64,000 bases of DNA, taken from NCBI GenBank assembly GCA_963829055.1, contig CAWHHI010000017.1, positions 160,001 through 224,000 on the forward strand, read 5' to 3'. This DNA comes from an uncultured Gemmatimonadaceae bacterium. GTDB lineage: Bacteria > Gemmatimonadota > Gemmatimonadetes > Gemmatimonadales > Gemmatimonadaceae. Of the stretch, positions 30,357 through 41,139 are shown piece by piece (within the stretch, counting starts at the first letter, position 1; every line of letters begins with the position of its first letter). Position numbers and translations under genes: made by a program. The notes below the pieces were generated by a model. It did not search any database, was not told the DNA's origin, and saw only the letters and a list, made by a program, of their open reading frames with translations.

Positions 30357-31562
30357 CTATTCAGTTGCCACCTGCGCCGCCGGCAGCGTCGCAAAGAAGT
30401 CCTCGCGAAAGCGCGGCATGTAGGCCGCCAGAAGGTCGTCGACGCGCGCTGCCGCCGACGACGCCACGATCAGCCCGGCGTGGTGGCGCTTGGACAGGCG
30501 CCAGACGATTTCCGGATCACCGAACGCCGAGAGGTCAGGCCATTCCTGGCGCGCCAGCGATATCAGCAGCCCCGCGTGGTCCGAGCGGCCCACGGGAAGT
30601 GCGTATTCGTCACCGTGCACGTCCGCGACCTCGACCCGCGCCCACTCGCGCCACAGGTTGAGCCCCGTCGCCGCCTCCACCAGCGCGACGATGTTCGCGC
30701 CGCCGACCCGCGCCGCGGTCTCGAGAAAGTAGTAGCGACCATCCTCCCTGCCCCGGATGAACTCCGTGTGCAGCGCGCCGCGCGTCATGCCTAACGCCGT
30801 CACGACCTGCTCGTTCCCGGTCACGAGCGCCGCCGATTCCTCCGACGCACGATCGAGCGTGCGCGTGCAGAACACGCCGCCGCCGTGATACACGTCGAAC
30901 GGCGGCTGGAAGTACCCGTGCGCCTCGGCGAATACCACCTTCCCACCCCACGCGATCGCGTCGACGTGAAAGACATCGCCGGGCACGTATCGCTCGAGCA
31001 GGTGAAACGACTGGCGATCGCCGAGAACGTCGAGCAGCGGCCAGAGCTCCTCGGCGCGCTCGATCTTCTTGATGCCGATGGCCGACGCCGAGAGACGCGG
31101 CTTGAGCAGCCACGGCGGCGGCACGCGCTCCATGAACGCGCGTATCCGATCGTGGTTGAAGATCGGCACGAACTCGGGCACGAGCACGCCGCGCGCCTCC
31201 GCCTGCATGCGCATCGCCAGCTTGTCACGAAAGAAGCGGACGGTGCTCTCGCCCATCCCTGGCACACGCATGTGCTCGCGAAGCGTCGACGCCATCTCCA
31301 GATCGAACTCGTCCAGCGGGACGATCCGGTCGATCGACTCCGTGCGCGCCAGCCAGCTGACGCCGTTGATCATGTGATCCCGATCCGTGAGATCCGGAAT
31401 CAGGAGGAGCTCGTCAATGCTGTCGCGGGGCCACTCCAGGTCGCGAAGTGCCTCGCGCGTGACGAGCAGCACGCGCGCACCCAGCCGGTGGCACTCACGG
31501 ATGAAGTCGTGGCCCTTGAAGTAGCTGGCCAGGCAGAGGATCGTGACGGGGCGTCGAGGCAT
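30357..31562 (-). CDS. ATP-grasp domain protein
   Basis: FRDKLAMR, WLLKPRLSASAIG, LLERYVPG, HTEFI..FLETAARVGG. Confidence 0.88.
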   Translation of the reverse strand: MPRRPVTILCLASYFKGHDFIRECHRLGARVLLVTREALRDLEWPRDSIDELLLIPDLTDRDHMINGVSWLARTESIDRIVPLDEFDLEMASTLREHMRVPGMGESTVRFFRDKLAMRMQAEARGVLVPEFVPIFNHDRIRAFMERVPPPWLLKPRLSASAIGIKKIERAEELWPLLDVLGDRQSFHLLERYVPGDVFHVDAIAWGGKVVFAEAHGYFQPPFDVYHGGGVFCTRTLDRASEESAALVTGNEQVVTALGMTRGALHTEFIRGREDGRYYFLETAARVGGANIVALVEAATGLNLWREWARVEVADVHGDEYALPVGRSDHAGLLISLARQEWPDLSAFGDPEIVWRLSKRHHAGLIVASSAAARVDDLLAAYMPRFREDFFATLPAAQVATE

Positions 31563-31735
31563 GTCCGATGCGTGAAGTCAGCCGGTCCGCGGTAGTCCGC
31601 GGGAATCTGCGATGGTTCGACGATTGTAACGATGCCCGTCCGCTGGTCGCGCTGTCACCCCTGGCGGCGGAGATTACCGACCCCGCGCCGTTACATTCAC
31701 CGCTGCACGTTCGCTCCTGGTCTCGCTCCTCGCCC

Positions 31736-33453
31736 ATGGCCCCGCGCGTCGACAACCTTCGTGAACCGGTGCATCGGACGGTGCGACTCGTGGCCCTCGG
31801 TCACCTGGCCGACGCGTCCGCGGCGCGCAACCGACTGGCCGACGCCAAGGACGGCGAGGCGCTGCACGACTTCCGGGTCGCGCTCCGTCGACTCCGGAGC
31901 TGGGAGCGCGCCTTTCGCCCGTACCTCCGAGCCGACCTCCCGAAGAAGCTTCGTCGACGACTGGGCGATGTCGCTGGCGACACGGGCGCGAGCCGCGACC
32001 TCGAGGTCCACCTCGCCTGGCTCTCCGAGCAACGTCGGTCACTCGGGCGTCGACAGCGTCCCGGGCTGAGCTGGATTCTGGCGAACCTCAAGCAGCAGAA
32101 GACCGATGCCGATGCGGTCCTCGCGCGAGACGTCGAAGCCCGATTCGAGCGGCTCGAGAAGAAGCTTCGCAAGGCACTCGAGTCGTATCGCGAGAAGCTG
32201 CGGCTGCGCGAGGACGGCCGTGGCATCGCGCCGATGCCATTCGCCGAAGCGCTGGCGCCGCGCGTGCGCGAGGCGGCCGCAGACCTTCGCAAACGGCTCG
32301 ACCGTGTTCACTCGGCCGTCGACCAGCGCGACTGCCACGAGGCTCGCATCTCGGCCAAGCGGCTTCGATACCTGCTCGAGCCGGTCGTAAAATCGGTGCG
32401 GGGCGCGAGCGAGATCGTGGAACGGCTCAAGGCACTCCAGGACGTGCTCGGTGACCTGCACGACGCTCAGGTGTTCGGTGCGGAAGTGTCCGCGATGGCC
32501 GCTGAAGCCGCGCCTCGTGCGGCGCCTGAGCGACGCGTCGCACGAACGAACGGCGCCGGCCGACAGCCGGAGCGGCGAGCGGCGGCGACGGCATTGACCG
32601 CTGCCGCGGCGACTGATGCGACGCCTAACGCCACGCCCGACGCGACGGCGAGCCCGCCCGTAGCCGAGCTCCCGAACGCCAGCGTGGAAACCAGCGTCTC
32701 TCCGGAAACCAGCGTCGCTCCGGCCGCTGAACCAGCGGCACCGGCGTTCCCGCCACCAGCCGCCGCCGGGTCAGCGACCCTTCGTGCACCAGCGGTCGCA
32801 GCGGCGGTGGCGCCGAGGGCAGACCCGCTGCCCGGCATCATCGCGATCAGCCAGCGTCTCAGCGACCGTGCCGACGAACGCCTTCTCGCAGTTCGCGGCC
32901 GAATGGCTTGGCGACCAACCGGCTCCCTTTTTCCGGGACCTCGAAGCCGTCGCGGAGCGCATCGGCGAGACGGCGCGCGTGGGCGTCGAGATCGAGCGGA
33001 AATACCTGCTCCGCTTCCTGCCTGATGAAGCGCGGGACGGACGACGCCTCGACATTGATCAGGGCTACATCCCGGGCAAACAACTGCACGAGCGTATCCG
33101 GCGCGTCTCGGTGCGTCACGGCAGCGGCCGCATCAGAGCTGCATTTCTATCGCACCGTGAAGCTCGGTGAGGGTGTCGCGCGAACGGAAATCGAGGAAGA
33201 GACGACGCAGGCCATCTTCGACGTCCTCTGGCCGCTGACAAAGGGGCGTCGCCTGCGAAAACGCCGCTTCGAAGTCACCGTCGATGGCGTGATCTGGGAG
33301 ATCGACGAGTTCAAGCATCGGGATCTCGTGATGGCGGAGATCGAGCTCGACACGGAGGACGACGCGGTGGTGTATCCCGACTGGCTCGCGCCCGCCGTCC
33401 AGCGCGAGGTGACGAAGGAGCCGGAGTTCCAGAATATCAACCTCGCGCGCTGA
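31736..33453 (+). CDS. CHAD domain plus C-terminal CYTH domain protein, frameshifts near 32875 and 33135
   Basis: CHAD: LHDFRVALRRLRS, HEARISAKRLRY, LQDVLGDLHD; CYTH: EIERKYL, QGY, RTEIE, WEIDEF..LVMAEIEL, REVT..EFQNINLA. Confidence 0.8.
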
Positions 33454-33477
33454 CGCGCACGTCGCGGAAGCAGTCCT

Positions 33478-33809
33478 CATCACGCCGGGCCGGTGAGAAC
33501 TGCGATTTGACGGGATCGACAGCAAAACAGCCGGATACAGCTCTGCGCTGACGCTGGCTCGTGCCGGACCGTGAATGAATGGGAACGGCCGCTCGGGAGA
33601 CTCCTGCGTCCCGAGCGGCCGTTCCCAAAGAATCTCGGCCTGTGCGTCAAGGGGCCCTACCGAACGCGATCGATCCTGCTTCTTCCGCGTCATCCGTCAA
33701 ATCGTCGTTCCCCCAGGCCGCGGCGCGATGATGCCTGAATGCAAAGCAGAATCCGGCAGTTTTGCAGTTGATCCGCCCAATCGCAGTTCCCACCGAGCCC
33801 GGCGCGTTG
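33478..33809. repeat. Structured MITE-like element, family B copy 2
   Basis: CGCCGGGCCGGTGAGAACTGCGATT start, 18-bp central stem 33581-33626, AATCGCAGTTCCCACCGAGCCCGGCG end. Confidence 0.8.
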
Positions 33810-33967
33810 ATACGTGGATGCAAAGTCGGACCCGCCGCGTTCCCTGGAACGGTGAGGTGAGGCCAGTGTATCAGCACCGGCACCGGTTTCGCACCACGGC
33901 GGTGACGAGTCGTTGACGAGTGGGTCGAGTGCAGGACAGCCGGTCACGAACGCCCCAGGAGCACGCC

Positions 33968-34777
33968 ATGTCGATTGCGCTCTCTCCTTTCCGGTTGGTC
34001 ACAAAATACGAACACGACGGCTCACACCCTCGTGTCACGAGGCGCGCCCTCACGCTCGCGGCGGCGCTCGCCTTCGTCGCGGTTGGTCAGCCGGCGAGCG
34101 CGCAGAAGGGGTTTCTGTTCAAGCGGCCCGTTGGCAGCTTCTCGCTCCGCGGCGGATACGCGCTCGCCAACGCGAGCAGCGACGTATTTTCCGAGAGCAC
34201 CCGGCAACTCACGTTGAGCAAGACCGACTTCAGCGCGTTCACGTGGGGCGGCGACATCTCGTACGCGGCCAAGCCTCGAATCGACCTCGTGTTCGACGGC
34301 GGGTACTCGTCCTCGACCACCCCCTCCGAGTTCCGGAATTTCATCGACAACAACGATCAGCCCATTCAGCAGACTACCAAGTACAAGCGCGTCCCTCTGA
34401 CAGTCGGGCTCAAGTACTACCTGACCGACCGCGGGCGGGCGGTGAGCGACTTCGCCTACATCCCGAGCAAGTACGCACCGTACCTGGGCGTGGGCGCCGG
34501 TACCATGTATTACCGTTTCCAGCAGAGCGGCGATTTCGTGGATTTCAACACCGACGATCTCGAGATTTTCTCGACGTCGTTGGAGTCGAACGGCTGGGCG
34601 CCAATGGCTCAGGGAACCGCGGGTATGGACTTCACGATCGGACCGTGGCTTGCGCTGACGGGTGAGGGGCGGTATCAGTGGGCGAGAGCACGTCTCGACC
34701 CTGCCGTTTTTGAAGGGTTCCAGAAGATCGATCTTTCGGGGTTCACCGGGACGGTTGGCTTCAAAGTCAGGTTCTAA
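33968..34777 (+). CDS. Outer-membrane beta-barrel protein
   Basis: AGGAG RBS, signal ending ASA, amphipathic strands PYLGVGAG, C-terminal GFKVRF. Confidence 0.8.
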   Translation: MSIALSPFRLVTKYEHDGSHPRVTRRALTLAAALAFVAVGQPASAQKGFLFKRPVGSFSLRGGYALANASSDVFSESTRQLTLSKTDFSAFTWGGDISYAAKPRIDLVFDGGYSSSTTPSEFRNFIDNNDQPIQQTTKYKRVPLTVGLKYYLTDRGRAVSDFAYIPSKYAPYLGVGAGTMYYRFQQSGDFVDFNTDDLEIFSTSLESNGWAPMAQGTAGMDFTIGPWLALTGEGRYQWARARLDPAVFEGFQKIDLSGFTGTVGFKVRF

Positions 34778-34789
34778 CAGGCGGTGATC

Positions 34790-36013
34790 ATGTCAACGCA
34801 ACTTGTTGTTGCACCGAAACTCAGCCGTTCGAGCGTCGTACTCGCCGCGGCTCTGATGCTCGGGTCGGCCGCAGCGGCCGGCGCACAGAACACACAACTG
34901 GCTTCGACCGACACCAGATGGACGCCGTGGGTCGGATGCTGGCAGGCGGTCGCGCGGGAAGGCGAAATCACGCTGGCGCCCAACAAGGCGCTGCCGGTGG
35001 TCTGCGTGATTCCTGCGGCAGGCACGCAGAGCGTGGATCTCGTCACCGTCGACAGCGGAGTCGCGACGCCCGAGCGGGTGGACGCGAACGGCACGCGCCG
35101 CGAGATCAACCGCGAGGGCTGCAACGGCTGGGAGAGGGCCGAGTTCTCGCCGGATGCCAAGCGCATCTATCTCCACTCGGAGCATCAGTGCACGGGCAAC
35201 CGCTCGCGCACGTCCACCGGCCTCATGTCCATCTCGCCTAACGGCGAGTGGCTGGACGTCGAGGGAGTGAGGGTGGGGGCGAACAGCGGTGTGCGCGTCG
35301 TGCATTACGGCCGAGTGCCGGTGCCGGCCGCGCTCGACGCGAACATGAAGGCTGCTCTCGCGGGCAACTTGCTGGCGACGACGACGGCCATGCTTGCCGC
35401 GGGCGACTCCGTGAAGGTCGCGGACGTCATCGAGGCGACGAAGCGGGTTGACCCGCTCGTCGTGCAGACGTGGCTCGCACAGCGCGGTCAGGGCTTCGGC
35501 ATCGATGCGAAGCGTCTCACTCAGCTGGCCGATGCCAAGGTGCCCCCGAACGTCATCGACGTGATGGTGGCGCTCTCGTATCCGCATCAGTTCGCGATCA
35601 ACCTCGCGACGTCAGACGGCCAGATGGTGCCGACGGGCCGGACACAGGCGAACGCCGACGACATGGGTGGTTACGGGCCCACGGTCTACATGAACTGGGA
35701 CCCAATGTCGTCGTACGGATACAGCCGGTATGGCTACAGCTTAGGCTATGGGAACGGCTACAGCGGATATCCGGGCTACTGGTACGGCGGCAGCACGCCG
35801 GTGGTCATCACGCGTCCTTCGGGTGTCGTGGACGTCCCAGAGGAAACGCGCGGCCGCATGGTGAAGGGCAGCGGCTACACGCGTCCGTCAGGCGGCAGCA
35901 GCGGCGCGCCGCGTGGCAGCACCTCGGACGGTGGGTCGAGCAGATCCGGTGGTTCGACGTCGACGTCGTCGGGCGGATCGTCAGAGCCGCGAACGGCCAA
36001 GCCGCGGCCGTAA
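34790..36013 (+). CDS. Secreted hypothetical protein with Tyr/Gly- and Ser/Gly-rich tail
   Basis: Signal peptide, WTPWVGCW, several Cys; 12 nt after the barrel gene. Confidence 0.75.
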   Translation: MSTQLVVAPKLSRSSVVLAAALMLGSAAAAGAQNTQLASTDTRWTPWVGCWQAVAREGEITLAPNKALPVVCVIPAAGTQSVDLVTVDSGVATPERVDANGTRREINREGCNGWERAEFSPDAKRIYLHSEHQCTGNRSRTSTGLMSISPNGEWLDVEGVRVGANSGVRVVHYGRVPVPAALDANMKAALAGNLLATTTAMLAAGDSVKVADVIEATKRVDPLVVQTWLAQRGQGFGIDAKRLTQLADAKVPPNVIDVMVALSYPHQFAINLATSDGQMVPTGRTQANADDMGGYGPTVYMNWDPMSSYGYSRYGYSLGYGNGYSGYPGYWYGGSTPVVITRPSGVVDVPEETRGRMVKGSGYTRPSGGSSGAPRGSTSDGGSSRSGGSTSTSSGGSSEPRTAKPRP

Positions 36014-36035
36014 GTCAGCGAGATCGGAAATGGAG

Positions 36036-36071
36036 AACCCTCGGGAGGCTTCGGCCCCCGAGGGTTTTTTC
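36036..36071 (+). terminator. Intrinsic terminator
   Basis: AACCCTCGGGAGGC-TTCG-GCCCCCGAGGGTT followed by a T run. Confidence 0.85.
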
Positions 36072-36214
36072 ATCCGCTGACACGGTGCTGGATGCTGAAC
36101 GGCATTCACGGCGGAAGACGCATCGGTGATGTCGCGATCAGCGTTGAAACCCGGTAGCGTGTAGATCGAAATGGCGTTAGGCTGACGTCCACCCACCAAC
36201 CTACTGGTCACCAC

Positions 36215-36400
36215 ATGCGCATCGCGTTGAATGTCGTAGGCGTCCTGTGTCTGCTCATGGGGTGCGTCTGGTTCCTGCAGGGAATCAACGTCCTTCCGGG
36301 CAGCTTCATGACTGGCCAGATGAAGTGGGCCGTTTACGGCGGCCTCCTCCTGCTCGCGGGTGCCGGTGTGCTGGTCGTGGCGAACCGTCGCCGAGTCTGA
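36215..36400 (+). CDS. Small two-TM membrane protein
   Basis: VWFLQGINVLPGSFMTGQMKW between two hydrophobic helices. Confidence 0.75.
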   Translation: MRIALNVVGVLCLLMGCVWFLQGINVLPGSFMTGQMKWAVYGGLLLLAGAGVLVVANRRRV

Positions 36401-36429
36401 ACGGTACCGCCGGCCCTGCATCCAGCCAC

Positions 36430-37008
36430 GTGAAGACCCAGTACTACACGGCGTCGAGCCTGGACGGCTTCATCGCCGGTCCGAATGATTCGCTCGACTG
36501 GCTGTTTCCGCTCGGGAACATTGAGGACACGAGCTACCCGACGTTCATCCGGGACGTCGGCGCGGTCGCCATGGGCTCCGCTACGTACGAGTGGATGCTG
36601 CGTCATCTCGTCGGCCCCGAGGCGGACCATCCGCAGCCATGGCCGTACCACCAGCCGACGTGGGTGTTCACGTCACGCGTGCTTCCGGCCATCCCCGGCG
36701 CCGACGTCCGATTCACCCGCGGCGATGTCCGACCCGTTCATCGCGTCATGGTGGAGGCAGCTGGCGGACGGAACGTCTGGATCGTCGGCGGCGGGGAGCT
36801 CGCCGGCCAGTTCTACGATGCCGGCCTACTCGACGAGCTCTACGTGCAGATCGGATCCGTCACGCTGGGAGCCGGGAAGCCGCTGCTGCCGCGGGCCATC
36901 ACGAGCCCGCCGCTTCGCCTCGTGTCGGTGAGGGCGGTTGGTACCGGGTTCGCGGAGTTGCACTATGAGGTTCCACCGCCGACGCAGCGTATCGCGCCAC
37001 GTACCTGA
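36430..37008 (+). CDS. Dihydrofolate-reductase-fold (RibD C-terminal) protein
   Basis: YYTASSLDGFIA, MGSATYE, VWIVGGGELA, GLLDEL, LGAGKPL. Confidence 0.9.
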   Translation: MKTQYYTASSLDGFIAGPNDSLDWLFPLGNIEDTSYPTFIRDVGAVAMGSATYEWMLRHLVGPEADHPQPWPYHQPTWVFTSRVLPAIPGADVRFTRGDVRPVHRVMVEAAGGRNVWIVGGGELAGQFYDAGLLDELYVQIGSVTLGAGKPLLPRAITSPPLRLVSVRAVGTGFAELHYEVPPPTQRIAPRT

Positions 37009-37068
37009 CGCAAGCAGCGTCGGCCAGCGAGCCGCGGATGGGCCCGCGGATGAGCGCACGGACGTGCG

Positions 37069-38052
37069 TTAGGCACCACCGAGGACGGTCGACAGCGTCG
37101 ACGCGCTCACGTTCCCGCCACACAGCACCACCGCGCTTTCCTGGTTCGCCAGTTGCGGCCGCCCGGCCGTGAACTTGCGCCACGCGGCTACGGCGACGCC
37201 GGCTGACCCCTCGATCACGAGGTGGTCCGCGAGCATGACGTCGCGCATTGCCGCCGCGATCTCCGCTTCGCTCACGAGCACCAGCTCGTCGATGAGATCG
37301 CGACACAGTGGAAACGTGACGGCGCCGGGCTCGATGTTCCCGGCAGTGCCATCCGACAGCGTCGGCTCGTCGGGCACCTCGATGATCCGGCCCGCGCGCA
37401 CCGATTCGTACATCGCCGCCGCCTGCTCAGGCCAGCATCCAATGACCGAGATGTCGGGGCGCACCGCGTCCAGATAGGACGCGATACCCGAGATGAGTCC
37501 ACCGCCGCCGACGGCGACAAACACCGCGGCGACCTCGGGTCGCTGCGCGATCATCTCGACGGCGACGGTGCCCTGCCCCGCGAGCACGTCCACGTCGTTG
37601 TAGGGCGAGATGTAGACCCGCGCACGACGCTCGGCGAGCGCACGGGCCTCGAGCTCCGCGGCCATCGGGTCCCCGTCGGACACGATCACCTCGAGGCCGG
37701 CTTTCGTTAGGCGATCGACTTTGTACCGGGAGGCAGCCGACGAGACGACGACCGTCCCGCGCCCGCCGGTCAGCCGCAACGCCTCGGCCACCGCGAGCCC
37801 GTGGTTTCCGGTGGACGACGTGACCACGCCTGTCTCGCGCTGCTCCGGTGACAGAAGAAGAACCTTGTTGAGCGCGCCACGGATCTTGAACGACCCGGTG
37901 CGCTGCAGGTTCTCGCACTTGAAGTACACGTGAGGCGCGAGCATCGGCGCGGGCCGCAGCGGCGTCTCGAGCGCGAATGGCGCGAGCCGCACACTCGCCG
38001 CGACGACCGCCGCGGCCTCGGAGGCGTAGAAGCATTCTGGGGAAGTCGTCAT
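37069..38052 (-). CDS. Threonine/serine dehydratase (PLP fold II)
   Basis: KCENLQRTGSFKIRGA, SSTGNHG, VAVGGGGLISG, VLCGGN. Confidence 0.92.
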   Translation of the reverse strand: MTTSPECFYASEAAAVVAASVRLAPFALETPLRPAPMLAPHVYFKCENLQRTGSFKIRGALNKVLLLSPEQRETGVVTSSTGNHGLAVAEALRLTGGRGTVVVSSAASRYKVDRLTKAGLEVIVSDGDPMAAELEARALAERRARVYISPYNDVDVLAGQGTVAVEMIAQRPEVAAVFVAVGGGGLISGIASYLDAVRPDISVIGCWPEQAAAMYESVRAGRIIEVPDEPTLSDGTAGNIEPGAVTFPLCRDLIDELVLVSEAEIAAAMRDVMLADHLVIEGSAGVAVAAWRKFTAGRPQLANQESAVVLCGGNVSASTLSTVLGGA

Positions 38053-38183
38053 GGGGGAAGAATACTGCCGCGACCATCAGCCGACACGGCGTACGCTCGC
38101 GCCGGCTTCGACGGGACGACGCCATGTCGTATCATTCGACGAGAGCGTCCGAGCAACGAGACACCTCAGTCCAACCGACCACG

Positions 38184-39125
38184 ATGCCCAGCTGGCAGGC
38201 GCGCGTCTTCAACACCGGCGTGACCGCGCTCATCCGGCGACGCGATTGGGGCGACGTGCCCACCGTCGCGAGACGGGCGCGGCTCGCACTCGGGGCGCCG
38301 GGGCCATACGGGTGGATCGCGCGTCAAGGGCTGGAGTGGCGGCCGGTCGAAACGAGCGGGGTTCGTGGTGAATGGCTGCTGCCCGGCAAACGGGAAGCGC
38401 CGCGAGGCGGGACGATCCTCTACATCCACGGCGGCGGCTTCGTTGCCTGCTCGGCCGCCAGCCATCGTCCGATCACGAGCTCGCTCGTTAGGCGCACGTC
38501 ATCGACCCTGTTCAGCGCCAACTATCGACTGGCACCCGAGTCGCCGTTCCCCGCGGCGCTCGACGACGTGATCGCCACCTACGAATGGCTGGTGGAGACC
38601 GCCCCTGGATCACCGATCGCGATCGCGGGCGACTCGGCGGGCGGCGGACTGGTGCTATCACTCGCGATTCACGCGCGCGACGCCGGGTTGCCGGCACCGG
38701 CGTGCCTCGTGGGATTCTCGCCGTGGACGGATCTCGCCGGCACGGGCGCGTCGCTCCACGCGAACGACGGCCGAGATCCCATGTTCCGTCCCGAGAACAT
38801 CCCGCAGTTCGCGTCCGTCTACCTCAATGGGACGAGGGCGGATGATCCGCGCGCGTCTCCGGTGTACGCGCCGCTGCACGGTCTGCCGCCGATGCTGCTG
38901 CAGGCTGGGTCGACGGAGTTGCTGCTCGACGACGCACGCCGAGTTCACGACCGCGTGCGTGCCACCGGCGGCTCAAGTCAGCTGTCGATCTACGACGCCG
39001 TCCATCACGGCTGGCAGATGACCACGCCCTGGGTCCCGGAGGCACGCGCGGCGTTAGGCGAGGCGGCTCGCTTCATCCGAATGCATCTCGATAGGAACGC
39101 GGCCGAGGTCAACACCGGTCGGTGA
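38184..39125 (+). CDS. Alpha/beta hydrolase, HSL-family esterase
   Basis: HGGGF, YRLAPE, GDSAGG, HGW; start approximate. Confidence 0.92.
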   Translation: MPSWQARVFNTGVTALIRRRDWGDVPTVARRARLALGAPGPYGWIARQGLEWRPVETSGVRGEWLLPGKREAPRGGTILYIHGGGFVACSAASHRPITSSLVRRTSSTLFSANYRLAPESPFPAALDDVIATYEWLVETAPGSPIAIAGDSAGGGLVLSLAIHARDAGLPAPACLVGFSPWTDLAGTGASLHANDGRDPMFRPENIPQFASVYLNGTRADDPRASPVYAPLHGLPPMLLQAGSTELLLDDARRVHDRVRATGGSSQLSIYDAVHHGWQMTTPWVPEARAALGEAARFIRMHLDRNAAEVNTGR

Positions 39126-40278
39126 CTGGAAGACTCTCGCCATCGAGTTTCGCCGAGCGTCCGCTGGCATCGGGCTGAATCCGAAAATACGCGATGAGGC
39201 TGTACGACGTGCCCGTGCCGTTCCACTGCGCCTTGACCATCGGTGTGCCGGCATAGAGGACGATTCCCCACGTACCCCGTCGTGTGACCGTGCTGCCCAT
39301 GCTGCCGCCGCCATCGGGCGATGACCCCACATCGCTGGCATCGTATTCGATGGTTCCATTTCCGCAGAGCGCGAAGCGCAGCCTGCCGCCGACGATCGCG
39401 CCGCCGCGTCCGCCCGCCTGGCTCGTGCGCGAATAGACCCGGCCGGTCACGGCGCGCGCGAGCGCCGCGGCCTCCGCCGACCCTTCTGCGCTCTGCGTGA
39501 GCGAACGACCGGGTCGCGCGTAGCCGGTCTCGCTCTCACCGATGCGCAGGATGAAGTACTCGCCGCGGAGTTGGCCGGTGGCGGCTTTCGCGTCGTCCGG
39601 CGACCCTTCCGCGTTCCAGAATCGCAGCTGCAAGGCGCCGTTGGCGAGCGAGCCGCGCACGATGAGACGCGCCTTCACCGTCGTACGGCGGGAGAAGTAG
39701 CCGTGCTGGAGTGCCGTGATCTCACCATTCACGTCGGTGCCCCGCACCGCGAGCTGCACGACTTCTTCGCTCGTGCTGTCGGGCGACGAGAATTGCCATT
39801 CTCCAGCGAAATCACTCGCGGCGCCGGCGCGGAAGCCACCATTGGGCGGTGACGTCGGGCCGGTGCTGGGAGCCACGGTCGGCAATGCGGTGGTCGGGTC
39901 GCCACGACGCACCATCGGCAGCGTCACAGGCGACTGGCCCGGCTGCGTCATGGTGAACATCAGGATCTTCCCCTGCAGCCGAGCGGTCATCGCGCCGTTG
40001 TCGGCGGACGCACGAACGTCGCCGAGTCGCTGAATCACGAGCGCGCCGGACGCAATGACGCCCTCGAACGGTGACGACTGGCCGAACAAGGACAGGTTGC
40101 CCGTGACGCGACTATTCGCGCGATCGTGGCGAACCTCGAGCTCGATGGTCTGTCCACTCTCCTCGTAGACCCACCGGCCGCTGAGATCCTGCGCGATTGC
40201 GGTGCTCCCGGCGAGCAGCATCGACGCGCTGACCACGACAATCCATCCTGCAACAGGCATCGGAAAGACCGAGCGCAT
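39109..40278 (-). CDS. Secreted hypothetical beta-rich protein
   Basis: AGGAGG RBS, signal ending AIA; two similar DLSGRW / DFAGEW modules. Confidence 0.7.
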   Translation of the reverse strand: MRSVFPMPVAGWIVVVSASMLLAGSTAIAQDLSGRWVYEESGQTIELEVRHDRANSRVTGNLSLFGQSSPFEGVIASGALVIQRLGDVRASADNGAMTARLQGKILMFTMTQPGQSPVTLPMVRRGDPTTALPTVAPSTGPTSPPNGGFRAGAASDFAGEWQFSSPDSTSEEVVQLAVRGTDVNGEITALQHGYFSRRTTVKARLIVRGSLANGALQLRFWNAEGSPDDAKAATGQLRGEYFILRIGESETGYARPGRSLTQSAEGSAEAAALARAVTGRVYSRTSQAGGRGGAIVGGRLRFALCGNGTIEYDASDVGSSPDGGGSMGSTVTRRGTWGIVLYAGTPMVKAQWNGTGTSYSLIAYFRIQPDASGRSAKLDGESLPVTDRC

Positions 40279-40320
40279 TGGCGCCTCCTGGAGGGCCGAG
40301 CCCTCGTTCTGGACGAACGC

Positions 40321-40449
40321 GATTCCTCGACGGAGCCCGCCACGAGCTAGCGAACGGCTCGGAATGACAACGCCCTCTACCCCGCAGGAACTCGATTCCT
40401 CACACGCCCAATGTCGTGGGCACCCGGCTATCGCTCGTTCGGAATGACA
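40321..40449 (-). repeat. Two tandem family A half-elements, one overlapping the DUF2238 3' end
   Basis: GATTCCTC...CGGAATGACA at 40321-40369 and 40394-40449. Confidence 0.75.
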
Positions 40450-41053
40450 CAACGCTGGCCAGCTGCCTGTCCTGCACCCTCGCGAGCGTGAGCTGCGCCG
40501 TGAGCGCGCCGATGAGCGCCATGAACATGTCCCACTGCGTGTCCCACACATCGCCCTGGGTGCCGAGGAATGCGTCGGCCGACGAGCCGCCAGCGAGCGC
40601 CGCGCCCCACTCCACGAACTCATAGCACGCACTGATCGCGAGACAGAGTCCGGTGACGATCACGAACAGCCACTTCCCACGCGTGAGCGGTGAGCGGCGC
40701 AGCAGGATCTCTCGCGCGACCAGCGCCGGCACGAAGCCCTGCGCGAAGTGGCCAATGCGGTCGTAGTGATTGCGGGTGAAGCCGAACACGTCCTGCATCC
40801 AGAAGCCGAGCGGCACCTGCGCGTAGGTGTAATGGCCGCCGAGCATCAGGATCATCGCGTGCACGAGCACGAGCCAGTACACGAGACGCGTGAACGGGAA
40901 GGTCCGGCTCGTCGCGAGCAGCACGGGCACCGCGATGAAGATCGGGAAGACCTCGAGCCACCAGGTCGTTCGGTCCGCCGGGCCAATGCCGGAGACGATC
41001 AGCGCGAGCGCGCCGACGATGAGAAGAACGATGGCTTCGGTCCGAGTGAGCAC
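40400..41053 (-). CDS. DUF2238 (YjdF-like) membrane protein
   Basis: WWLE, GGHYTYAQVP, RNHYDRIGHF, YEFVEW, FLGTQGDVWDTQWDM. Confidence 0.92.
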   Translation of the reverse strand: MLTRTEAIVLLIVGALALIVSGIGPADRTTWWLEVFPIFIAVPVLLATSRTFPFTRLVYWLVLVHAMILMLGGHYTYAQVPLGFWMQDVFGFTRNHYDRIGHFAQGFVPALVAREILLRRSPLTRGKWLFVIVTGLCLAISACYEFVEWGAALAGGSSADAFLGTQGDVWDTQWDMFMALIGALTAQLTLARVQDRQLASVVSFRTSDSRVPTTLGV

Positions 41054-41139
41054 GGCGGAGAGCTAGCTGGTTGCTGGGTGGCCAGGAACGAACTGGACAG
41101 GGTGACTAACATCATACGATTCACCTGCCACCTCTCGCC

